Shown piece by piece: positions 9,095 through 15,831 of a DNA stretch of 24,000 nt. Position 1 is the first letter of the stretch; every line of letters starts with the position of its first letter. Position numbers and translations under genes: made by a program. The DNA comes from Streptomyces phage phiCAM: the sequence record NC_041856.1; one strand, 5' to 3'. Under the pieces are notes generated by a model. It saw only the letters and a list, made by a program, of their open reading frames with translations, searched no databases and was not told the DNA's origin.

Positions 9095-9137
9095 GTGAAT
9101 GCTCCTTCGCAGGTGGGGTGTGTTGCTCGGTAGATGC

Positions 9138-9166
9138 AACCTACACGATCTTGCTTGCATTGTCAC
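9138..9166 (-). promoter_or_regulatory. Candidate promoter for the minus-strand Lsr2-like gene
   Basis: Minus strand reads GTGACA - 17 nt - TAGGTT (-35 at 9161-9166, -10 at 9138-9143). Confidence 0.45.
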
Positions 9167-9179
9167 ACACTGTGTGCAA
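9155..9179. promoter_or_regulatory. Pseudo-palindromic operator candidate in divergent region
   Basis: TTGCATTGTCACACACTGTGTGCAA: outer TTGCA/TGCAA and inner CACACA-C-TGTGTG; overlaps the minus-strand -35. Confidence 0.45.
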
Positions 9180-9223
9180 CTCTGTGTCTCAGAGTAACCA
9201 GAGAGTGTTCAGAGAGGAGCATC

Positions 9224-9679
9224 ATGGGCGCACGCAAGATCCAGGACGAGGGCGAGGTTCTTCGCTGGTTCGAGGAGGGTCGGACCTACCAGTGGATGGT
9301 CGAGGAGTACCGGCGCAAGTACAACATCGAGACGGTGCCGTCTCTGTGGGGGAACTTCCGTCGTCGGCGTGGGCTGGACCGTCGCATCACCCGCTCGGAC
9401 GAGCTCATCCCCTGGCAGGTCAAGCCCGAGCACCGCTGGCTCTACCCGGTCGGCATGTTACGGGTCGAGGCTCGTCGGCGAGAGAAGGGCGAGGAGGCAC
9501 TGAGCGAGCTGGAGCGGACCCGGCTGGCTGCCTGGAAGCAGATGCTGAAGGACAGCAATGCCGTGGTGCACTACGACCCCGACACCGAGGAGGGCTTCTT
9601 CTACATCCCTCGCCAGGAAGGGGACAGCGACTTCGTCCACAAGCCCAAGGTCTCGACTCGCCTGAAGGCGGCTGACTGA
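9224..9679 (+). CDS. Putative HTH-type regulatory protein
   Basis: 151 aa, ATG with GAGAGGAG Shine-Dalgarno; basic helical segment TYQWMVEEYRRKYNIETVPSLWGNFRRRRGLDRR; divergent from the Lsr2-like gene. Confidence 0.5.
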   Translation: MGARKIQDEGEVLRWFEEGRTYQWMVEEYRRKYNIETVPSLWGNFRRRRGLDRRITRSDELIPWQVKPEHRWLYPVGMLRVEARRREKGEEALSELERTRLAAWKQMLKDSNAVVHYDPDTEEGFFYIPRQEGDSDFVHKPKVSTRLKAAD

Positions 9680-9699
9680 TCACACCATCACGCGCCCAT

Positions 9700-9734
9700 G
9701 GGGCGGATCTCCTGCACGCCAGGGGGTCCGCCCC
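9700..9734 (+). terminator. Intrinsic terminator
   Basis: GGGGCGGA ... TCCGCCCC followed by TTCTCGTT. Confidence 0.7.
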
Positions 9735-9857
9735 TTCTCGTTACCCGTGAGTACGCACACACTCCCCCAGGTCAAGAGATGGTCAAGCGACGTGGTAGCG
9801 TTCCCCTCGCTCCAGTCCGGTGCCACGGCAATGAGCGACCAACCCCACTGACACAAC

Positions 9858-9886
9858 TTGCACACCTGGCGTTCGGCATGTACCGT
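9858..9886 (+). promoter_or_regulatory. Candidate early promoter
   Basis: TTGCAC - 17 nt - TACCGT, 48 nt upstream of the ATG at 9934. Confidence 0.5.
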
Positions 9887-9933
9887 CTTCCAGGTCAGCG
9901 CAAGTTGCACTGCACCGGAGGAGAATCAGTCCC

Positions 9934-10365
9934 ATGAGGTACCGCGATGCCCTGCCCGCGATGGACAGGGCGCACGGAGATCCGTACAGCTTCATCACCG
10001 AGGACGGGACGATCGAGTTCGTCTTCGACCTGGAGAACTTCGACTTCCACATCGACGCCACGCCCGGCTACTCGCCGGACAGGATGCGCTCCTGCCTGAA
10101 GCAGGCGGAGTGGTGGGGGTTGGAGCTCATGCCGTACAGCGAGTGCGATGTGGACATTCTTCCCGGTGGGGTCTGCCGGATCTACCTCACGCCGATCGTG
10201 CCACCCGAGGTGGTCGAGGCTGAGATGGTCCGGGAGTTCCTGCTCCAGATGGACGCGCTGACAGTGACGCCGATCGACACAACGACACTGGAGGTTGTTC
10301 CGCTTGACCCTGAACTTCATGGAGATCCCGAACAAGACGCACCCGAACAACTCGGTACCGCGTGA
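9934..10365 (+). CDS. Hypothetical early protein
   Basis: 143 aa, ATG preceded by CCGGAGGAGAA Shine-Dalgarno. Confidence 0.6.
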   Translation: MRYRDALPAMDRAHGDPYSFITEDGTIEFVFDLENFDFHIDATPGYSPDRMRSCLKQAEWWGLELMPYSECDVDILPGGVCRIYLTPIVPPEVVEAEMVREFLLQMDALTVTPIDTTTLEVVPLDPELHGDPEQDAPEQLGTA

Positions 10366-11272
10366 CGGTTGGGATCGCCCCCTCATCGTGCCGAAGGCTG
10401 GCGGCAAGCCGGTCGGGCACACCAGGACGACGACGTTCATCGACTGCATCGAGGACAAGTCGAACCTGATCAACTGGGGCAAGCGCATGGTGGGAGTGGG
10501 GCTGGCCAAGAACCCGGCCCTGCTCGACGCCATCCGTGAGCTCGACCCGAACGACAAGGACGACAAGCGCAAGCTGGACGGTCTCGCTGAGCGTGCCGTC
10601 GACATCAGCGGCGCGAACGACAAGCGCGAGAAGGGAACCCACCTCCACACGCTGAGCGAGTACGTCGACCGTGGTGAGCCTCTGCCCTTCGGCACGCCCC
10701 AGGTGGACGTCGAGGACATGATGGCGTACATGCTCGCCACGTCGGTGCTAAAGGTTCACGCCGTCGAGCAGTTCGTCGTGGTGAACGAGCTCAGCGTGGG
10801 TGGGACCTTCGACCGCACCTACGAGTACGACGGGCCTGGCCCGGACGGCAAGCCCATCTCGGGTCTGTTCATCGGCGACCTGAAGACTGGGTCCGTCGAG
10901 TACGGTGCGCTGAAGATGGCCAGCCAGCTCGCGATCTACTCGCGAGGAGAGAAGTACGACCACACCCACTTCCCCGTGGACCACCAGGACAAGAAGGCCC
11001 TGGCCGCATGGAAGAAGGTCGCGGTCGACGCCGAGCAGGCGGAGAAGGCGTACGCCCCTCTGCCCCCGGTGAACCAGGACTGGGGCATCATCGTCCACCT
11101 GCCTGCGGGAACGGGCGAGTGCGACCTGTACTGGGTGGACCTGAACATCGGCTGGGCTCTGGCTCAGCTCGCGCTTCAGATCCGCAAGGCGCGAAGCACC
11201 CGAGGTGCGATGAAGCCGTTCGTGACGCAGGTCACGGAGAACGAGCTTGCTTCTTCCGCTCCAAGTGTGTAA
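10304..11272 (+). CDS. PD-(D/E)XK-family nuclease (Cas4/RecB-like exonuclease fold)
   Basis: GGTFDRTYEY...LFIGDLKTGSVEYGALKMASQLAIYSRGEKY is the D...DxK...QLaiY signature. Start uncertain (TTG 10295, TTG 10304 or ATG 10319); GGAGG at 10290-10294 best fits TTG 10304. Confidence 0.75.
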   Translation: MTLNFMEIPNKTHPNNSVPRDGWDRPLIVPKAGGKPVGHTRTTTFIDCIEDKSNLINWGKRMVGVGLAKNPALLDAIRELDPNDKDDKRKLDGLAERAVDISGANDKREKGTHLHTLSEYVDRGEPLPFGTPQVDVEDMMAYMLATSVLKVHAVEQFVVVNELSVGGTFDRTYEYDGPGPDGKPISGLFIGDLKTGSVEYGALKMASQLAIYSRGEKYDHTHFPVDHQDKKALAAWKKVAVDAEQAEKAYAPLPPVNQDWGIIVHLPAGTGECDLYWVDLNIGWALAQLALQIRKARSTRGAMKPFVTQVTENELASSAPSV

Positions 11273-11275
11273 CTT
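11247..11275 (+). promoter_or_regulatory. Candidate promoter, tandem copy 1
   Basis: TTGCTT - 17 nt - TAACTT; -10 overlaps the upstream gene's TAA stop. Confidence 0.6.
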
Positions 11276-11336
11276 GTATCAAGTCAGAGCGACGCGGAAG
11301 CGACGAGCTGAAGCGCAAGTCGCAAGAGCCGCGAGG

Positions 11337-11365
11337 TTGACACCGAGCTCCGGATCGTGTAACTT
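11337..11365 (+). promoter_or_regulatory. Candidate promoter, tandem copy 2
   Basis: TTGACA - 17 nt - TAACTT, near-consensus primary sigma promoter. Confidence 0.7.
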
Positions 11366-11405
11366 GTACCAAGACAGAGAGAACGAACGAGAGGAGCACA
11401 ACACA

Positions 11406-11885
11406 GTGAGGGAACTGACCGTCACGATCAAGTACGGCAAGGGCTACGAGGAGACCTGGGCGGTCTTCAAGGGCAACCCGGACGAGGTCCGCGAGGACAT
11501 CATCTCCTACTTCGGCCTCATGCGTGACAGTGTGACCGAGCTGACGCTGAGCGAGCTGGTCGTAGAGGTGACCAGCCTGGCGCACGGCAAGGGCAACATC
11601 GCCCGATTCCTGGGTGGGACGATCATCCCCCCGAGTGAGCACAGCGCTCCTCCCCAGACTTCCACGGCGTCGAACGAAGACCCGTGGGCTGCGGCCTCCA
11701 GTGCCGCATCGTCCCCGGCAGCACAGCCTGCTGAGGACCCCAACGCCTACATCCTGGGCGAGATCGAGAAGCAGACGGACGTCGCGGGCCTGAAGCGCCT
11801 GTGGGCTGAGAACCAGTCCTTCTTCTCCGACCCGAGCGTGATGGCTGCGTGGAAGGCCAAGGGCAAGGCCCTCAGCGCCGCGTAG
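11406..11885 (+). CDS. Hypothetical protein (early)
   Basis: 159 aa, GTG start with GAGAGGAG Shine-Dalgarno; Ala/Ser/Pro linker in the middle. Confidence 0.65.
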   Translation: MRELTVTIKYGKGYEETWAVFKGNPDEVREDIISYFGLMRDSVTELTLSELVVEVTSLAHGKGNIARFLGGTIIPPSEHSAPPQTSTASNEDPWAAASSAASSPAAQPAEDPNAYILGEIEKQTDVAGLKRLWAENQSFFSDPSVMAAWKAKGKALSAA

Positions 11886-11951
11886 CAGTACCGCTCCACC
11901 TCACATCAACAACATCGAGCATCGACTCACCGAACGAAGGAGAACAACACA

Positions 11952-12383
11952 GTGCTGAACTTCATGGACATCCCCACCCAGGGCGGCGGCTGGTTCAAGC
12001 CGAAGGACAACGTCGACGCGGTCGCGATCCTCATCGAGGTCAAGTCCTTCGACAGGCAGCGCCCGACCCCGAACGGCCCGAAGGACTCCGTCCTCGCTGA
12101 CGTGTCCGTCTTCAAGACGCAGGCCGACCTGGACGCCGGTCGTCCGGAGATCGCCAAGGGCCAGCGCATCGAGCAGACGGTCCTGGCCCGTGACCTGGAG
12201 GCGATCGTCGGTGGTGCCACCATCGTGACCCTCGCGCAGATCCCGGCGAAGAAGCCCGGCGCGTACCCGGCGTGGGTCTGGCGTCAGGCTGAGCGCGCTG
12301 CTCAGCAGAAGGTTATCGACTACGCGACCAAGCGTGAGGCCGAGGTGAACGCGGCGCTCGACGCTGCGCCTGACTTCGACTGA
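11952..12383 (+). CDS. Hypothetical protein (early, replication-region)
   Basis: 143 aa, GTG start with GAAGGAG; N-terminus VLNFMDIPTQGGGWFKPKDNVDAVAILIEVKSF. Confidence 0.65.
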   Translation: MLNFMDIPTQGGGWFKPKDNVDAVAILIEVKSFDRQRPTPNGPKDSVLADVSVFKTQADLDAGRPEIAKGQRIEQTVLARDLEAIVGGATIVTLAQIPAKKPGAYPAWVWRQAERAAQQKVIDYATKREAEVNAALDAAPDFD

Positions 12384-12384
12384 C

Positions 12385-12450
12385 GTGTGACAGTGTGAGT
12401 ACCCTGTGGGGGTCGTTCTTCGGAGCGGCCCCCTTGGGGCAGTGAGAGAG
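12385..12450 (+). promoter_or_regulatory. Structured leader A: GTGTGACAGTGTGA + UUCG hairpin + TTGGGGCAGTGAGAGAG
   Basis: Hairpin 12408-12433 GGGGGTCGTTC-TTCG-GAGCGGCCCCC (11 bp incl. two G-U). Confidence 0.65.
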
Positions 12451-12458
12451 GAGGTCGA

Positions 12459-12866
12459 GTGACACGACCGACACGCGACGAGTGGGCGCTGAACATCGCC
12501 GACGAGGTCGCCACGATGGCTGACTGCACACGCTCCCAGGTGGGGGCTGTGATCCTGAACAAGCGCAAGCGGTTCCTGGGCGTGGGCTACAACGGCCTGA
12601 TGCCCGGCATCCCCGGCTGCAAGACGGCAGGCAACTGCCCCCGAGGGCGACTGTCCTACGCGGACGTCGCACCGGACAGTGACTACTCGAACTGCGCGGC
12701 TGACCACGCTGAGCGCAACGCGATCCGAGACGTGCTCGACAAGGGCATCCACCCGGACGAGTTGAAGGAAGCGATCTTGTACGTAACCCGCAAGCCGTGC
12801 CCGGCCTGCCAGACCCTGATCACCGCCGTGGGAATCGAGCGCGTGATCGTGAGAGGAGACAAGTAG
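12459..12866 (+). CDS. Deoxycytidylate (dCMP) deaminase / cytidine deaminase-like zinc enzyme
   Basis: CTRSQVGAVILNKRKRFLGVGYNG...DYSNCAADHAERNAI...LYVTRKPCPACQTLITAVGIERVI: HAE and PCxxC motifs. Confidence 0.88.
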   Translation: MTRPTRDEWALNIADEVATMADCTRSQVGAVILNKRKRFLGVGYNGLMPGIPGCKTAGNCPRGRLSYADVAPDSDYSNCAADHAERNAIRDVLDKGIHPDELKEAILYVTRKPCPACQTLITAVGIERVIVRGDK

Positions 12867-13759
12867 TGCTCACCCCTGGAAGGTCCCTGTCGCTTCACGC
12901 GGAGTCGGGACGAGAGCTCCCCCGCGTCGAGGCGTTCGAGGCCCTGTACCAGAAGGGCGTCCGTCCTCGCCACGGCGAGGTCATCATGATCGCCGGTCGG
13001 TCCGGCACGCAGAAGTCCGGCTTCGCTCTGTTCTGGGTGGCGTCGATGAACCTGCCCTCCCTCTACTTCTCCGCCGACATGAGCGCCTTCACGGCGTCCT
13101 CGCGTCTCGCCTCGATGGCGACTGGAGACACGACCGAGATGGTCGAGGCTGGCATGGCGCAGGGCGGCAAGCACCGCCAGAACTACATCGACGCGCTGTC
13201 CCACTCCAACATCACCTTCTCCTTCGGATCGCCCATCACCTGGCGTGCCGTCGATGAGGAGCTGGAGGCGTACGTCGAGCTCTGGGATGCGTACCCCGAG
13301 GTGATCGTGTTCGACAACCTGATGGACTTCGAGGGCGCGGAATCGGACTACACCGAGCAGATGGCGGTCATGTCCAACGCGACCGAGCTGGCGCGCGCTA
13401 CCGGCGCGACGGTCATCATCCTTCACCACGCGAGCGACAAGAGCTGGGAAGCCAAGAGTGACCCGTGGGCTCCCCCGTCCCGCGACCAGGTGAAGGGCGG
13501 TCTCTCCGAGAAGCCCGAGCTGTCTCTGACGGTGGCTCTCGACCCGACCAGCCTGGAGTACCGAGTCGCCTGCGTGAAGCAGCGCATGGGTCCGTGTGAC
13601 CCCACGGCACGCAGCTACGCCATGATGCGCTGCCACCCGGACGTGACCCGCTTCTCGAAGCTGGAGGTCATGGCCAAGACCAGCCAGCCCAACACCCCGG
13701 CTCCTGCCGGATCGGGCTGGACCCCAACGACTTCGCTCGAACGCCTTGGCCTTGGCTGA
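12866..13759 (+). CDS. RecA/DnaB-like ATPase (replicative helicase or recombinase-type)
   Basis: GTG overlaps upstream TAG. HGEVIMIAGRSGTQKSGFALFWV (Walker A-like), PEVIVFDNLMDF (Walker B-like), ATGATVIILHHASD. Confidence 0.75.
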   Translation: MLTPGRSLSLHAESGRELPRVEAFEALYQKGVRPRHGEVIMIAGRSGTQKSGFALFWVASMNLPSLYFSADMSAFTASSRLASMATGDTTEMVEAGMAQGGKHRQNYIDALSHSNITFSFGSPITWRAVDEELEAYVELWDAYPEVIVFDNLMDFEGAESDYTEQMAVMSNATELARATGATVIILHHASDKSWEAKSDPWAPPSRDQVKGGLSEKPELSLTVALDPTSLEYRVACVKQRMGPCDPTARSYAMMRCHPDVTRFSKLEVMAKTSQPNTPAPAGSGWTPTTSLERLGLG

Positions 13760-13761
13760 GA

Positions 13762-13836
13762 GTGTGGTAGTGTGAGCATCACGAACGGGGGAAGCGCACC
13801 GGAAGGTGCGCCTCTCCTTGAAGGGAGTGTGAGAGT
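13762..13836 (+). promoter_or_regulatory. Structured leader B: GTGTGGTAGTGTGA + GGAA hairpin + TTGAAGGGAGTGTGAGAG
   Basis: Hairpin 13788-13817 GGGGA-A-GCGCACC / GGAA loop / GGTGCGC-C-TCTCC (12 bp, one mismatch, one G-U). Confidence 0.6.
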
Positions 13837-14202
13837 GTGAGCAACCCCGTCAGGAACAAGAAGAAGGGTGCCGAGTGGGAGAACGAGTTGAAGAACAAGT
13901 TCCGCCTCGTCGGCAAGGACATCGAGCACCTGCACCTGAACGGCAACGAGGACGAGGGTGACCTGGTCATCCGGAACGGCGACGGCACCTACCTGGTAGT
14001 CGAAGCGAAGAACGCCAAGATGGACGCGAACACCTTCGTGCGGGAGATGGAGACCGAGGTCGGTCACTTCGCCCAGCACCGGGGCCTGGACCCCGACAAG
14101 GTCGACGGCGTCGTGATCGTGAAGGCGTACCGCAAGCCCTGGCGCAAGGCGTACGTGATCACCACGGTCGAGCGGTACTTCGGTCTGGCGGACGAGAAGT
14201 GA
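13837..14202 (+). CDS. Endonuclease / Holliday-junction-resolvase-like PD-(D/E)XK protein
   Basis: GAEWENELKNKFR...NEDEGDLVIRNGDGTYLVVEAKNAKM: E...GDL...EAK catalytic pattern. Confidence 0.65.
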   Translation: MSNPVRNKKKGAEWENELKNKFRLVGKDIEHLHLNGNEDEGDLVIRNGDGTYLVVEAKNAKMDANTFVREMETEVGHFAQHRGLDPDKVDGVVIVKAYRKPWRKAYVITTVERYFGLADEK

Positions 14203-14348
14203 TCGGCTTCATGGGCTGGGACATGACCCAGGCGGAACGCGATCAGCTCGCCGATGAGACCGAGGCGTTCTTCGCCTTCATCGAAGACCCCGACTCCGAC
14301 ATGGACGTGATCCTCGCGATCGAGGAGTTCTACGGCGTGGAGGTGTAG
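14199..14348 (+). CDS. Small highly acidic protein
   Basis: 49 aa, GTG overlapping the nuclease TGA; stop overlaps the next GTG: MIGFMGWDMTQAERDQLADETEAFFAFIEDPDSDMDVILAIEEFYGVEV. Confidence 0.5.
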   Translation: MIGFMGWDMTQAERDQLADETEAFFAFIEDPDSDMDVILAIEEFYGVEV

Positions 14349-14785
14349 TGGCCATCCAGTGGAGAGAGCCCAGCAAGCCGAAGGGCAGGAGCTGGGACAA
14401 CGACGACGACACCAAGCCCGAGCTCTCGGCGGTGCTCGACCACTACGAGGTCGACTTCAACCCCGAGCGGGCAACCGGCATGGGCCACTGCCCACTGCAC
14501 GACGACAACACACCCTCGATGTCCTACAACACGGACAAGGGGCTCTGGCGCTGCCACTCCTGCGGAGAAGGCGGCGACAGTTACACGATGATCATGTTGA
14601 AGGAGGGGACAGACTTCCGTGGAGCACGAACCGTTGCAACCACTCTCGGCCTCCCAGAGGGAAGCTCTGGAAGAAGCGACAGCGAGCTACGAGGCAGCCG
14701 TTACGGCGGAAGCCGCAAGGTACCTGGTCAGTCGCGGGCTGGATCGAACGGCGGCGGTTACCAACCGCGTTGGCGTCGTAGCTGA
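14348..14785 (+). CDS. Primase CHC2-type zinc-finger protein
   Basis: MGHCPLHDDNTPSMSYNTDKGLWRCHSCGEGGDSYTMIMLKEG: C-H-C-C zinc ribbon of DnaG-type primases. Confidence 0.8.
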   Translation: MAIQWREPSKPKGRSWDNDDDTKPELSAVLDHYEVDFNPERATGMGHCPLHDDNTPSMSYNTDKGLWRCHSCGEGGDSYTMIMLKEGTDFRGARTVATTLGLPEGSSGRSDSELRGSRYGGSRKVPGQSRAGSNGGGYQPRWRRS

Positions 14786-15284
14786 TCCGTTCCCTGGGCA
14801 TGAGAGGTTCCGAGGATTCCTCGCGATCCCCTACCTGGACCGGAACGGCAAGCCCCTGTCGATGCGCTTCCGCTGCATCCAGGAGCACAACCACCGCGAC
14901 TTCGGTCACGGCAAGTACATGGGCATGAAGGACGAGCCGCCCCGCATGTTCAACGTGGGAGCCGTCCACCGAGCGGAGACCGAGATCGCCGTCACCGAGG
15001 GCGAGTTCGACGCGATGGTGCTGAACATGATCGGCATCCCCGCAGTCGCCGTCCCTGGCGCACAGGGCTGGCGCAACCACTACCGACGAATGCTCGCTGG
15101 CTTCAACCGGGTCTGGGTCTTCGGTGACCCGGACGACGCTGGAGCCGAGCTCGTCGCCAAGATCACCCGCTCGCTGCGCTCCGCCAAGGGCGTGCGCCTG
15201 CGTGACGGCGACGTGACCGACACCTATCTGAAGCACGGGGCTGACGCCCTCTACGCACTGATGAAGACGGAGGACTCGAAGTGA
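14619..15284 (+). CDS. Primase TOPRIM-domain protein
   Basis: GTG at 14619 with AAGGAGGGG upstream; GHERFRGFLAIPYLDRNGKPLSMRFR, IAVTEGEFDAMVLNMIGIPAVAVPGAQGW, RVWVFGDPDDAGAELVAKI = TOPRIM E...DxD. Confidence 0.85.
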   Translation: MEHEPLQPLSASQREALEEATASYEAAVTAEAARYLVSRGLDRTAAVTNRVGVVADPFPGHERFRGFLAIPYLDRNGKPLSMRFRCIQEHNHRDFGHGKYMGMKDEPPRMFNVGAVHRAETEIAVTEGEFDAMVLNMIGIPAVAVPGAQGWRNHYRRMLAGFNRVWVFGDPDDAGAELVAKITRSLRSAKGVRLRDGDVTDTYLKHGADALYALMKTEDSK

Positions 15285-15622
15285 CCGAGACGACGACGCG
15301 CAAGACCCGCAAGCCGGACCCGCTGACCGGCATCGTGAACGAGATCAAGAAGGCCGTGTCGGAGCAGGACGCTCCGCTCCCCCTGTGGGGCGGCAAGAGC
15401 CCCGAGGCTGGGCGCACGTACTTCGCCGACCAGGAGTCCCGGTGGAACGCGATCAACGCGCAGCGGGCTGAGGCTGGGACGCTCGGCGCGGACGGGCTCC
15501 TCCTGGAGGACGTGTTCGGCGCGATCTCTCAGTCCGACACGGACGAGGTCCGGCTGGCTCTGGTCCTGCTCGCAGCTCAGGCTGTGTCCGCCATCGTGCA
15601 GCTCGACCGAGGCGAGGGCTGA
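15281..15622 (+). CDS. Hypothetical protein
   Basis: 113 aa, GTGA overlap with upstream stop. Confidence 0.6.
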   Translation: MTETTTRKTRKPDPLTGIVNEIKKAVSEQDAPLPLWGGKSPEAGRTYFADQESRWNAINAQRAEAGTLGADGLLLEDVFGAISQSDTDEVRLALVLLAAQAVSAIVQLDRGEG

Positions 15623-15831
15623 TGCCCCTGCCGGGTACCGAGAGGTTCCCTGCTGTGGAGCGGGTCTGGCAGGCGCTCGGCGAGCGTGAGCGGGACCTGT
15701 TCTTCGACCACCTCTACGGAGGTACCTCAGCCGACTGGCTGGCCACGACGCTGCGCAAGTACGGACACGACGTGTCCGCTTCCACGATCCGCACCTACCG
15801 AAGGAGCCTGAACCGTGTCTCTGAAGGATGA
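15622..15831 (+). CDS. Small predicted HTH-like protein
   Basis: 69 aa GERERDLFFDHLYGGTSADWLATTLRKYGHDVSASTIRTYRRSL resembles an HTH; tightly packed in the operon. Confidence 0.5.
   Translation: MPLPGTERFPAVERVWQALGERERDLFFDHLYGGTSADWLATTLRKYGHDVSASTIRTYRRSLNRVSEG

Noticed and set aside
11008-11340. 110-aa plus-strand ORF extending through the tandem-promoter region
   Set aside because: Overlaps the nuclease frame, low-complexity Arg/Gly translation, no credible start.
11273-11405. Intergenic sequence examined for a tRNA
   Set aside because: No cloverleaf, no T-arm GTTCRA motif in proper context; the repeats are explained better as promoters.
14359-14781. Third-frame ORF over the primase zinc-finger gene
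   Set aside because: Arg/Gln-rich out-of-frame translation; zinc-ribbon cysteines are only in the 14348 frame.
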